Shown here: positions 1 through 9,331 of the stretch, one piece after another
Layout of the letters: each line of letters opens with the position of its first letter
How positions within the stretch are numbered: position 1 is the first letter of the stretch
The notes under the pieces: generated by a model
Told to the model about the DNA's origin: nothing
Database searches by the model: none
The model's input: the letters and a program-made list of their open reading frames with translations, nothing else
Assembly (NCBI GenBank): GCA_020434205.1
Contig: JAGRBF010000357.1
Span: forward strand, 1 to 40,338
Direction: 5' to 3'
Source of the DNA: Calditrichota bacterium
Lineage (GTDB): Bacteria > Calditrichota > Calditrichia > RBG-13-44-9 > J075
Length of the DNA: 40,338 bases
Made by a program: the position numbers and the translations under genes

Positions 1-20
1 AACTGTTTCAATTGACAGAC

Positions 21-910
21 TACTAACCATTGGTGCTAGTTGTTTAAAGGTTGTATTCAGCAATACTCAGAGGGATAAACCCAGCATCATCTGGTTTTAG
101 TCCGTCGAATTGCACCAACAAGTTGAAGGCAGAGACCATAAATGCCAGTCTCATCTTGAAATAGGTCCATTTTCTGTGCATCATTTTTTTGAAATGGCAG
201 ATTAAAGTCAACATTGAGAAAACGGTCTCAACCAACATTCTATCGTTCCAGGTTCCCCTCGGACATAGTTTCAAATTCCTGGGATCACCTGTTTTGGCAT
301 GAAAATGCTGATCTGCAAACACAACCATTTTATCTTCAACCTTTGCGATCAGTGGTTGAAATACTTTGTCAGCGACATTGGCCGTGCTACAATCCCAGTC
401 TACAATGAGGCCGAATTGATTCAGTTGCAGGCAGAATTTTCCACCGACGATCCAGCGATAGTTGGATTTACCTTTCTTGCCAATCTGCTTGGGACTACGG
501 CCTTCCCGAATGGGATGGATTAATTCAATCCCAAAGCTATCGATAACCCCCAGGATGGTGGGTGAGGCAAGAAATCGGTCCGACCAATCCCGATGGGTGG
601 CAAACAAACGGAATAGACGAGTACGTTCCGGTAATTTGGGAAAAAGATGAACCCAATCCCGTTTGAGCCAACGATAGAAAGCACGACAGCCTACTCCTTT
701 GATGGCAAAAAGAATAGCCAGGGTAACAATTTCGCTGGGGTAGAGCTGGCTTTGAGAATGCTTCTTGACCTTATTCATTTGATTATCTATAGTTAGAAAA
801 ATCCGAATGATGAAATCTTCAGTAGGCATGGGGTTTACCTTTCTGTTTGGTCTCTCAACCTTAAGTTAGGTAAATCCTCGCCTACTTTAAACTAGCACCA
901 ATGGTTACTA
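21..910 (-). mobile_element. IS982-family insertion sequence (core 26-905, about 880 bp) with target-site duplication
   Basis: Visibly AT-rich block in a GC-rich window containing a single transposase ORF. Perfect 16-bp terminal inverted repeats ACCATTGGTGCTAGTT (26-41 versus the reverse complement of 890-905), extended by a TTTAAAG block after a 3-nt indel. Flanked by the 5-bp direct repeat TACTA (21-25 and 906-910). Confidence 0.85.
44..829 (-). CDS. DDE transposase, IS982 family
   Basis: 261-aa ORF with an ATG start. From memory it is collinear with the lactococcal IS982 transposase: SEIVTLAILFA...FYRWL...FPKLPERTRLFR, GVIDSFGIEL, GKKGKSNYRWIVGGKFCLQLNQFGLIVDWDCSTANVAD, and a C-terminal ETVFSML...H block. 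It lies between the inverted repeats. Confidence 0.8.
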   Translation of the reverse strand: MPTEDFIIRIFLTIDNQMNKVKKHSQSQLYPSEIVTLAILFAIKGVGCRAFYRWLKRDWVHLFPKLPERTRLFRLFATHRDWSDRFLASPTILGVIDSFGIELIHPIREGRSPKQIGKKGKSNYRWIVGGKFCLQLNQFGLIVDWDCSTANVADKVFQPLIAKVEDKMVVFADQHFHAKTGDPRNLKLCPRGTWNDRMLVETVFSMLTLICHFKKMMHRKWTYFKMRLAFMVSAFNLLVQFDGLKPDDAGFIPLSIAEYNL

Positions 911-1933
911 GGGCAGGTCCGCCACACAGCGAAAGCCGGTGTGGTTAAAGGCGGAATCCCGGGTGGAGCGCATCCGCCGGGCTACCCGGTAGCCGCTGCA
1001 GTAGCTTTCGTTGCACAGAAAAGAACCCCCGCGCATCACGTATTTTTCGGCATAAGGCTCCATGGGGTCGTATGCTTCTTCGGGACCGGCGGGATCCTCC
1101 TGAAGACCAGCCGCCGCGGCAGCAGCGTAGGTGCGCACGTGGTATTTGTCCGCACACCATTCCCACACGTTGCCGGCCATGTCGAACAAACCGTAGCCGT
1201 TGGGGGGAAAGGACTTCACCGGCGCGGTGGCGTAAAAGCCGTCCTCCAGGGCGTTGCGGTAGGGAAACTGCCCCTGCCAGAAATTGGCCTGGGCGGCGGA
1301 GGCCTCAATAGCGGCATTGCCCCAGGGATATTTGGGATCCTCCAGCCCGCCCATGGCCGCCCACTCCCATTCCGCCTCGGTGGGCAGGCGTTTGCCCGCC
1401 CATTTGGCGTAAGCCCCGGCATCGTCCCGGGAAACGTGCACCACCGGATGGTCCATCAGGCTGTCGATGTTGCTGCCGGGGCCGGTAGGGTGGCGCCAAT
1501 CCGCACCGATGGTCCAGGCCCACCACTGCGAAAAATCTTCCGGATTGACCGGACCGTCGGTTTCCCGGAACACCAGGGATCCCGGCTGCAAGAGGGAATC
1601 CGGCGGCCGGGGGGTGTCCGGGGGAAGGGATTGGCGAAGGGTTTCCCAATCCAGGGCCCGCTCCGCTTCGGTGCGATAGCCGGTGGCCTCCGTAAAGGCG
1701 GTAAACTGGCGGTTGGTTACCTCGTGGATATCGATAAAAAAGGGGGAAACCCGCACCGGGTGGCGGGGCAACTCGTCCGGCTGGGCCTGTTCGGACTTGC
1801 CGCCCATCAGAAATTGGCCGCCGGGGATATAAGCCATTCCCGCCGGGGGAAGGGGCGGATCGTCCTGGGCGCCGCAGGCGAGCATCAAACTCAAAAAAAG
1901 GACCGGCAAAATCCGGCTGGCGAAACGTCTCAT
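908..1933 (-). CDS. Formylglycine-generating enzyme (SUMF1/FGE-sulfatase domain) family lipoprotein
   Basis: Motifs GNVWEWCADKY, RGGSFLC, YCSGYRVARR and NHTGFRCV. N-terminus MRRFASRILPVLFLSLMLAC has a lipobox. The ATG at 1933 is preferred over the track's TTG at 1939. The stop codon (908-910) lies inside the IS target-site duplication. Confidence 0.85.
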   Translation of the reverse strand: MRRFASRILPVLFLSLMLACGAQDDPPLPPAGMAYIPGGQFLMGGKSEQAQPDELPRHPVRVSPFFIDIHEVTNRQFTAFTEATGYRTEAERALDWETLRQSLPPDTPRPPDSLLQPGSLVFRETDGPVNPEDFSQWWAWTIGADWRHPTGPGSNIDSLMDHPVVHVSRDDAGAYAKWAGKRLPTEAEWEWAAMGGLEDPKYPWGNAAIEASAAQANFWQGQFPYRNALEDGFYATAPVKSFPPNGYGLFDMAGNVWEWCADKYHVRTYAAAAAAGLQEDPAGPEEAYDPMEPYAEKYVMRGGSFLCNESYCSGYRVARRMRSTRDSAFNHTGFRCVADLP

Positions 1934-1994
1934 CCGCAAGTTTAGCCGCGGGCGGTTATATAAACAAATCTCCCCGGCAAACCGGGATTCCCCT

Positions 1995-2023
1995 TGGCAT
2001 TATTGCCGCCCTTTTGGTATATT
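1995..2023 (+). promoter_or_regulatory. Candidate sigma70-like promoter (TTGGCA-N17-TATATT) upstream of the GPH transporter
   Basis: TTGGCA at 1995-2000, a 17-nt spacer, and TATATT at 2018-2023, about 150 nt upstream of the ATG at 2177. This is pattern match only, and the promoter consensus of this organism is unknown. Confidence 0.3.
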
Positions 2024-2176
2024 AAAGTCCATTTCAAACACACCGTAGGCCGCACAGGTCGCCTCGAACCCCGGTACGGGTCCGGCCGGTATTGTTTTGC
2101 CCGGCAGGGCAACCTCTCCCCGAAACAACCTTTCCTTCCTCGCCAACAACACCGAAACCCGCTGGGGCTATAAATC

Positions 2177-3568
2177 ATGACTAAAATTCAAAAACTGTCC
2201 GTCTGGGAAAAAGCCGGTTACGGATTCGGCGATCTGGCCTCGGTGCTGTACTGGCAGACCATCAGCGCCTATCTGCTCTATTTTTACACCGATGTTTTCG
2301 GGATTACCGCCGCCGCTGCCGGCACCATGATGCTGATGAGCCGCCTGTGGGACGGGGTCAACGACCCCCTGATGGGCATCCTCGCGGATCGCACCCAAAC
2401 CCGCTGGGGCAAGTTCCGCCCCTATCTGCTGTGGATGGCCGTTCCCCTGGCTATTGCCGGGGTCCTGGCCTTTACCACCCCGGACCTGGACGATTCCGGA
2501 AAGCTGACTTATGCCTACGTCACCTTTTTCCTGCTGATGATGCTTTACACCGCCATCAATATCCCCTATTCTTCCCTGCTGGGGGTGATCACCCCGGACC
2601 CCATCGAACGCACCAGCGTATCGTCCTACAAATACGTTTTTGCCTACATCAGCGGCACCATTGTTTCCGCCCTGGCCCTGCCCATGACCAACTATTTCGG
2701 CCAGGGCGACGAGGCGGCCGGGTGGCAGTGGACCATGGTCATCTTCGGGCTGGCGGCCACCCTCTTTTTTATGATTACCTTTGCCAGCGTGCGGGAACGG
2801 GTTACCCCGCCTAAAAATCAAAAAACCAGCATAGACCGGGACCTGCGGGACTTGCTCAACAACGTTCCCTGGGTGCTGCTGCTGTTCGCCACCCTGCTTT
2901 TTATCCTTTTTGTCGCCACCCGCCTGAGCGTCACCACCCATTATTTCAAATATTTTGTGGGAGAGCAGGAGATTTCCATTCTGGGCTTTTCCGGCAGTTA
3001 CGGTTACGTAGCGCTGACCTCCGCCTTTAACGCCGTCGGCACCTGGGCCGCCATTGTGGGGGTGATCTGCACCAACTACATCGCCGGGTGGATCGGCAAA
3101 AAGCGCGCTTTTCTGATGCTCTTCGTGGTGGCCGCCCTCTCCACCGCCGCCTTTTTCGTGCTGAAGCCGGAGCAGGTGGAGCTGATGTTCGCCCTTCAGG
3201 TAATCGGCTCCTTTACCGGAGGACCGCTCTCTCCCCTTATCTGGGCCATGTATGCCGATGCCGCGGATTATTCGGAATGGAAAACGGGGCGGCGCTCCAC
3301 CGGGCTGGTGTTCTCCGCTTCCACCATGTCTCAGAAATTCGGCTGGGCGATCGGCTCTTACGTGGCGGGAATTCTGCTGAGCTCCTTCGGCTTCGAGGCC
3401 AATATGGAACAGAACGCGGAGGTGCTGTGGGGGCTGAAGGCTCTGATGAGCATTATCCCTGCCGGTGCGGGAGTTCTGGCTATTTTGCTGATTCTTTTCT
3501 ATAATCTGGATGAAGCCAAAATGCAGGAGATTGAGCGGGAGCTGCGGCAACGGCGGGAGGGGGCGTAG
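2177..3568 (+). CDS. Glycoside-pentoside-hexuronide (GPH):cation symporter, MFS superfamily (MelB/YicJ-like)
   Basis: 463 aa and multi-pass hydrophobic. The N-terminus LSVWEKAGYGFGDLASVLYWQTISAYLLYFYTDVFGI and the block RLWDGVNDPLMGILADRT..RWGKFRPY are typical of GPH transporters. Confidence 0.85.
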   Translation: MTKIQKLSVWEKAGYGFGDLASVLYWQTISAYLLYFYTDVFGITAAAAGTMMLMSRLWDGVNDPLMGILADRTQTRWGKFRPYLLWMAVPLAIAGVLAFTTPDLDDSGKLTYAYVTFFLLMMLYTAINIPYSSLLGVITPDPIERTSVSSYKYVFAYISGTIVSALALPMTNYFGQGDEAAGWQWTMVIFGLAATLFFMITFASVRERVTPPKNQKTSIDRDLRDLLNNVPWVLLLFATLLFILFVATRLSVTTHYFKYFVGEQEISILGFSGSYGYVALTSAFNAVGTWAAIVGVICTNYIAGWIGKKRAFLMLFVVAALSTAAFFVLKPEQVELMFALQVIGSFTGGPLSPLIWAMYADAADYSEWKTGRRSTGLVFSASTMSQKFGWAIGSYVAGILLSSFGFEANMEQNAEVLWGLKALMSIIPAGAGVLAILLILFYNLDEAKMQEIERELRQRREGA

Positions 3569-3584
3569 GCGGCAGAGGGAAGAA

Positions 3585-3760
3585 GATCCTGAGATCCGAA
3601 GACCGGAAGACTGGAGGACCGGAGGACCAGAGGACCAATAGACCAATAGACCAATAGAGCAATGGACCAATAGAGCAATGGACCAATAGACCAATAGACC
3701 AATAGACCAATAGACCAAAGGACCAAAAGACCAGAGGATCAAAAGATCAAAAGATCAAAA
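3585..3760 (+). repeat. Tandem array of 22 units of 8 bp (GAYCNNRR; dominant unit GACCAATA)
   Basis: Read directly, with units starting at 3585, 3593, 3601 and so on to 3753. A period of 8 is not a multiple of 3, so the array is non-coding. Confidence 0.95.
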
Positions 3761-3794
3761 GTTTGAAAGACTATTGGAAAAGCGAAAAGAAGGC

Positions 3795-3864
3795 AATCGC
3801 TGATCGCTTCTCGCTGATCGCCCATCGCCTTTCGCTGGTCGCTAATCGCTGATCGCTAATCGCC
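3795..3864 (+). repeat. Tandem array of 10 units of 7 bp (NNTCGCY; for example AATCGCT and GATCGCT)
   Basis: Read directly: aatcgct gatcgct tctcgct gatcgcc catcgcc tttcgct ggtcgct aatcgct gatcgct aatcgcc. Confidence 0.9.
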
Positions 3865-3922
3865 GCAGGCGATAACCATGTAACCATTTAACCATTATCA
3901 GTCATCAACCATTGGAACCCTT
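3859..3922 (+). promoter_or_regulatory. Conserved hairpin (ATCGCC-GCA-GGCGAT, 3859-3873) plus 8-nt-periodic TAACCNTK leader ending at the start codon
   Basis: The block ATCGCCGCAGGCGATAACCATGTAACC (3859-3885) is identical to the reverse complement of 13433-13459. It is followed by taaccatg taaccatt taaccatt ... aaccattggaaccctt ATG. Confidence 0.6.
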
Positions 3923-4915
3923 ATGACATATCAACCCGGCAATAATCGTTACGATACCATGCGCTACAATCGCAGCGGACGCAGCGGACTCAAACTGCCC
4001 GCCATATCCCTGGGACTCTGGCACAATTTCGGGGAGGTCGACCTCTTCGAAAACTGCCGCAAGATGGTGCGCGGGGCTTTCGATTTGGGCATCACCCATT
4101 TCGATCTGGCCAACAACTACGGCCCTCCCCCCGGCTCCGCAGAGGAAACCTTCGGACGCCTGCTGAAAAAGGACCTGTACCCCTATCGGGATGAACTGAT
4201 TATCTCCAGCAAGGCCGGCTATCTGATGTGGGACGGTCCCTACGGGGATTTCGGGTCCCGCAAATACCTGGTGGCCAGCCTGGACCAGAGCCTCAAGCGC
4301 ATGGGTCTGGAATACGTGGATATTTTCTACCACCACCGTCCCGATCCCGATACCCCGCTGGAAGAGACCATGGGCGCCCTGGACTATATCGTGCGCAGCG
4401 GGCGGGCCCTCTACGCCGCGGTCTCCAACTACCCGGCCGATCTGGTGAAACGAGCCGCGGAGATCCTGCGGGATCTGGGCACCCCCTGCCTGATCAATCA
4501 GCCGGTTTACAATATGTTCAATCGCTGGATCGAACCCGAATTGCTGGACGAACTGGAACGGCAGGGAATGGGCTGCATCGTCTTTTCCCCCCTGGCGCAG
4601 GGCATGCTAAGCGACAAGTATCTGAAGGGCATTCCCGGGGATTCCCGGGCCGCCAAATCCCACGGATTCCTGAAGAAATCGGCCATTACCGAGGCCCGCC
4701 TCAGCCAGATCTCCCGGCTGAACGACCTGGCGGCGCAGCGCGGACAAACCCTGGCGCAGATGGCCCTGGCCTGGGTGTTGCGCCACCCGGGGATGACCTC
4801 CGCCCTCATCGGCGCCAGCCGCATCAGCCATATTGAAGACGCGGTCAGCGCCCTGCAGAACCTGGCCTTTTCGGATGAAGAGCTGGGCCGGATCGACGCG
4901 ATTTTGGGAGAATGA
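3923..4915 (+). CDS. yghZ: Aldo-keto reductase, YghZ/Gpr-like (L-glyceraldehyde-3-phosphate reductase family)
   Basis: 330 aa, collinear from memory with E. coli YghZ: SGLKLPAISLGLWHNFG, AFDLGITHFDLANNYGPPPGSAEE.FGRLL, YRDELIISSKAGY, GSRKYL.ASLDQSLKRMGLEYVDIFY.HR and MALAW.L....VTS.LIGASR. Confidence 0.9.
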   Translation: MTYQPGNNRYDTMRYNRSGRSGLKLPAISLGLWHNFGEVDLFENCRKMVRGAFDLGITHFDLANNYGPPPGSAEETFGRLLKKDLYPYRDELIISSKAGYLMWDGPYGDFGSRKYLVASLDQSLKRMGLEYVDIFYHHRPDPDTPLEETMGALDYIVRSGRALYAAVSNYPADLVKRAAEILRDLGTPCLINQPVYNMFNRWIEPELLDELERQGMGCIVFSPLAQGMLSDKYLKGIPGDSRAAKSHGFLKKSAITEARLSQISRLNDLAAQRGQTLAQMALAWVLRHPGMTSALIGASRISHIEDAVSALQNLAFSDEELGRIDAILGE

Positions 4916-4936
4916 GGGACCTACGCAAAACCCCCG

Positions 4937-4971
4937 AAAAAAAAGAGCGCCCGGTCTATCACGCCGGGCGC
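4937..4971 (-). terminator. Rho-independent terminator ending the minus-strand sugar-utilisation gene run
   Basis: Perfect 8-bp GC stem GCGCCCGG/CCGGGCGC (4947-4954 and 4964-4971) with a 9-nt loop. On the minus strand it is followed by a run of 8 T (A-run 4937-4944 on plus). It lies 64 nt past the SSS transporter stop. Confidence 0.65.
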
Positions 4972-5034
4972 CCCTCAGGAGGCTTATCGAGGGTCCGAAA
5001 CTCGACAGAGGCCAAAATTTGAGAACGGTATCGC

Positions 5035-6828
5035 CTAATCCTGCTCCAGCTTGTCGTACCAATTGATCTTCAGGATGTAGCTGGTAATCGCCAGCACCAC
5101 CACCGCGTAAGCGGCATAGGCGTTTTCGCGGATCACCAGGTAAATCGGCAACGCCACCAGGCAGGTCTGCCAGACAATCCCCACCGCAACGTTGAACATA
5201 TCCCGACCAAAATTGCCGTTGGCGATAAAGTCCGGCTGCTCCGCCAGCACCGCCTGGTGGACCGGCCCCCAGAATCCCCAGGGGCGCACCTGCCGGTAGA
5301 AGGACTTCAGCACCGCCATATCTTCCGCGGGAGTCGCCAGGGTGGCGACAATGCAGCCGATCAGGGAAATCACCAAAATAATCGGGAATTGATAGATGGT
5401 AGGATGAATGTCCACCACCTGCGGCACGATCAGGGAAGCCAGAATCCCGGTGACCATGCCCCAGAAATAGCCGTGCCCGTTAAAGCGCCACCAGTACCAT
5501 TTCAGGAAATTGGCGGCGGTATAGCCCCCCCACAGGGCGTTGACGATCCACTGGGTCACCGAATCGATCGACTCCACCACAAACCCGAAGGCGATGCCCA
5601 CCACCACCACCGCGAAGGAGGTGAGGTAGCTCATGCGAACGTAGGTTTTGTCGTCGGCATCGGGGCGGATGTATCGTTTGTAAATATCATTGACCAGATA
5701 GGCAGGCGCGGCGTTGACGGTGGCGGCAAAGGTGGACATAAAGGCCGCCAGCAGTCCGGCCATCAACACGCCCAGCAACCCCACCGGCACGAAATTGCTC
5801 ATGGCGTAAGGTAAAATGAGCTCAAAATCGATGGCATTGCCCATTTCCGCCAACTCGCCCCGGAAGAACACCAGGGCCAGAACGGTGAGGCCGGCGATCA
5901 TCATATAGCGGGGGAAAAAAAGCACCACCGATACCAGCCCGCTCATCTTGGCGGCTTCCGCCGGGGATTTGGTGGCCAAAATGCGCTGCATGTCGTAATT
6001 GGGAGCGGGACCGGCCAGGCTCACCAGCATGCCTTTGAAAACCATCATCCCAAAGAAAAGGGCAAAGAGGGAGTAGCCGTCGTCGGCGATCCGGGTGTTC
6101 ACCGAATCGAGAATACCGCTCCAGTCCAGCCCCAGCTCCCAACCGAAGAAGATGTCCTTCCAGCCGGCCGGCAGCACCGCGTTCAGGGCTTCCGGACTTA
6201 CCTGGGTGATGGCGATGATGCCGATGGCGATGGAGGCCACCGTCATGATAACAAACTGGATCAATTCGGTGAGCACCACGCTGAACATCCCGCCTTTGAT
6301 CACATAGAGAGTGGTGATCCCCATAAAAATGAGGGCGTAGGTGTTGGCGGAAAGCTCCCAGGGCAGAAAGGATGCGGAGAATTTCCCGATCCCCTTGAAG
6401 CCGTAGGCCAGGAAGCCGATCACGCTGACGATCGCAAAAACGACGATGATGGCGTGGCTGAGGGTGGCGCCGCGACCGGTGCCGAAGCGGGTTTTCAGCC
6501 ATTCCGCCCCGGTCATAACGTTGGAGCGGCGCAGCCAGGCGGAGAGAAACACCATCAGAATCACCTGGTTAAAAACCGGCCACAGCCAGGGAATAAAGGC
6601 CCCCTTCAGCCCGTAGACAAAGGTGATGGAAACCAGCCACATGGTGCCGGTGATGTCGAACATCCCCGAGGCGTTGGACACCCCCAACACATACCAGGGA
6701 ATGGCGTTGCCCCCCAGAAAATAGGAATTGATATCCCGGGAAGCGCGGCGCGAGATGAGAAACCCGACCAAAACGGTGGCCAGCAGGTAAATCACAATGA
6801 TGCTGACGTCAATCCAATGCAGTTGCAT
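5035..6828 (-). CDS. Sodium:solute symporter family (SSS/SGLT-like) transporter
   Basis: 597 aa and multi-pass hydrophobic. The N-terminus IIVIYLLATVLVGFLISRRASRDINSYFLGGNAIPWYVLGVSNASGMFDITG is typical of SSS transporters. ATG start with AGGA upstream. Confidence 0.85.
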   Translation of the reverse strand: MQLHWIDVSIIVIYLLATVLVGFLISRRASRDINSYFLGGNAIPWYVLGVSNASGMFDITGTMWLVSITFVYGLKGAFIPWLWPVFNQVILMVFLSAWLRRSNVMTGAEWLKTRFGTGRGATLSHAIIVVFAIVSVIGFLAYGFKGIGKFSASFLPWELSANTYALIFMGITTLYVIKGGMFSVVLTELIQFVIMTVASIAIGIIAITQVSPEALNAVLPAGWKDIFFGWELGLDWSGILDSVNTRIADDGYSLFALFFGMMVFKGMLVSLAGPAPNYDMQRILATKSPAEAAKMSGLVSVVLFFPRYMMIAGLTVLALVFFRGELAEMGNAIDFELILPYAMSNFVPVGLLGVLMAGLLAAFMSTFAATVNAAPAYLVNDIYKRYIRPDADDKTYVRMSYLTSFAVVVVGIAFGFVVESIDSVTQWIVNALWGGYTAANFLKWYWWRFNGHGYFWGMVTGILASLIVPQVVDIHPTIYQFPIILVISLIGCIVATLATPAEDMAVLKSFYRQVRPWGFWGPVHQAVLAEQPDFIANGNFGRDMFNVAVGIVWQTCLVALPIYLVIRENAYAAYAVVVLAITSYILKINWYDKLEQD

Positions 6829-6856
6829 AATTACGTCCTGTCAGTAAGCATAAAAG

Positions 6857-8284
<1,428 letters not shown>

Positions 8285-8308
8285 CTATTAGGGCGTGTTG
8301 CCGCGGCA

Positions 8309-9331
8309 TCAGACCTGAGAATTTTCCTTCACAAAAGCGATCAGCTCATCCACCCGGGCAAAAGCCACCGCGGTGTAGGTATCGGCCGCCCCGTAATAGA
8401 TGGCGATCCGCCCGGTTTCGGCATCGGCCAGGGTGGCGCAGGGAAAGGCCACATTGGGCACAAATCCGGTGGTTTCGTAATCCGCCTCGGGGGTCAGGAT
8501 GTAATCCCGGGTGCGGTAAAGCACCTTGCTGGGATCGTCCAGATCCAGCAGGGCGGCGCCCATGCTATACACAAAACCGTTGCAGGTGGTGGTTACCCCG
8601 TGGTAGATCAGCAGCCAGCCTTCGGTGGTTTCGATGGGCACCGGACCGGCCCCGATTTTGGTGGATTCCCACCAGCTTTCCACCCCGCGGGACATCACAT
8701 GGCGGTGTTTGCCCCAGTAGACCAGATCCGGACTGTGGCTGAGGACGATATCGCCGAAGGGGGTATGGCCGCTGTCGCTGGGGCGGCTGAGCAGCACATA
8801 CAGACCGTTGATCTGCCGCGGAAAGAGCACCCCGTTGCGGTTAAAGGGGAAGGTGGGATTTTCCAGCTTCACAAAGGTTTTGAAATCGCGGGTCATCCCC
8901 ATTCCGATGGAGGGGCCGGGGAAATCGTCGCACCAGTTGATGTAATAGGCGTCGCCCAGTTTAAGCAGGCGGGGATCGTAGGCGTAGCCGTTTTTCACCG
9001 CCTCCCCGGCCTCGTTAACCCACTTGATGCGCTCGGGGCGGATGTCCCATTTCAGGGCATCCTCGCTGGTGCCGAAATACAGCTGGGGTTTGGCGTTTTT
9101 TTCGTCGGCCCGGAAAATGCCGACAAACCCGCCCTGGTAGGGAATAACCGCGCTGTTAAAGATGCGGGCCGCGGCCGGAACGGGATTCCACCCGATGATG
9201 GGATTGCCGCTGTAGCGCCACACCACCTGATGGCAGCCGGCCGGTTTGTCCTCCCAGGGGATGTTGGGAAGAGCGGTGCCGTTAACAATCCGGGCGCCGG
9301 TTTTTGGGGACTTGGTAGCATTGGTGCTCAT
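8309..9331 (-). CDS. GH130 beta-1,4-mannoside phosphorylase (mannosylglucose/mannooligosaccharide phosphorylase family)
   Basis: 340 aa with no signal peptide. Blocks FNRNGVLFPRQINGLYVLLSRPSD, KIGAGPVPIETTEGWLLIYHGV, MGAALLDLDDPSKV, GFVPNVAFPC and IYYGAADT match recalled GH130 sequences such as TM1225. Confidence 0.8.
   Translation of the reverse strand: MSTNATKSPKTGARIVNGTALPNIPWEDKPAGCHQVVWRYSGNPIIGWNPVPAAARIFNSAVIPYQGGFVGIFRADEKNAKPQLYFGTSEDALKWDIRPERIKWVNEAGEAVKNGYAYDPRLLKLGDAYYINWCDDFPGPSIGMGMTRDFKTFVKLENPTFPFNRNGVLFPRQINGLYVLLSRPSDSGHTPFGDIVLSHSPDLVYWGKHRHVMSRGVESWWESTKIGAGPVPIETTEGWLLIYHGVTTTCNGFVYSMGAALLDLDDPSKVLYRTRDYILTPEADYETTGFVPNVAFPCATLADAETGRIAIYYGAADTYTAVAFARVDELIAFVKENSQV

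Larger units (their letters stand above)
3569..3922 (+). repeat. Composite non-coding element, copy 1 (8-mer array, junction, 7-mer array, hairpin, AACC-periodic leader)
   Basis: Fills the whole gap between the transporter stop and the aldo-keto reductase ATG. It shares ordered anchor blocks with 13412-13663 on the opposite strand: GGGAAGAAGATCC, a 39-nt junction (35/39 identical), and a 27-nt block (27/27 identical). Confidence 0.9.

Noticed and set aside
1942-2178. 78-aa minus-strand ORF in the FGE/GPH divergent intergenic region
   Set aside because: It has no ribosome-binding site or motif, it occupies the probable promoter region, and its Arg/Pro/Gly-rich translation is typical of a spurious frame.
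2168-3742. 524-aa minus-strand ORF, plus 3480-3710 and 3499-3726, translating to WSIGLLVY-type repeats
   Set aside because: It is antisense to a well-supported GPH transporter gene. Its repeat part is just the 8-bp tandem array read in three frames (8 nt x 3 gives an 8-aa period). The open frames are a GC-bias and repeat artefact.
3585-3864. Possible CRISPR array, given the regular short repeats (also at 13454-13660)
   Set aside because: The units are 7-8 bp, directly abutting with no spacers. There are no 24-40-bp repeats and no cas genes in the window.
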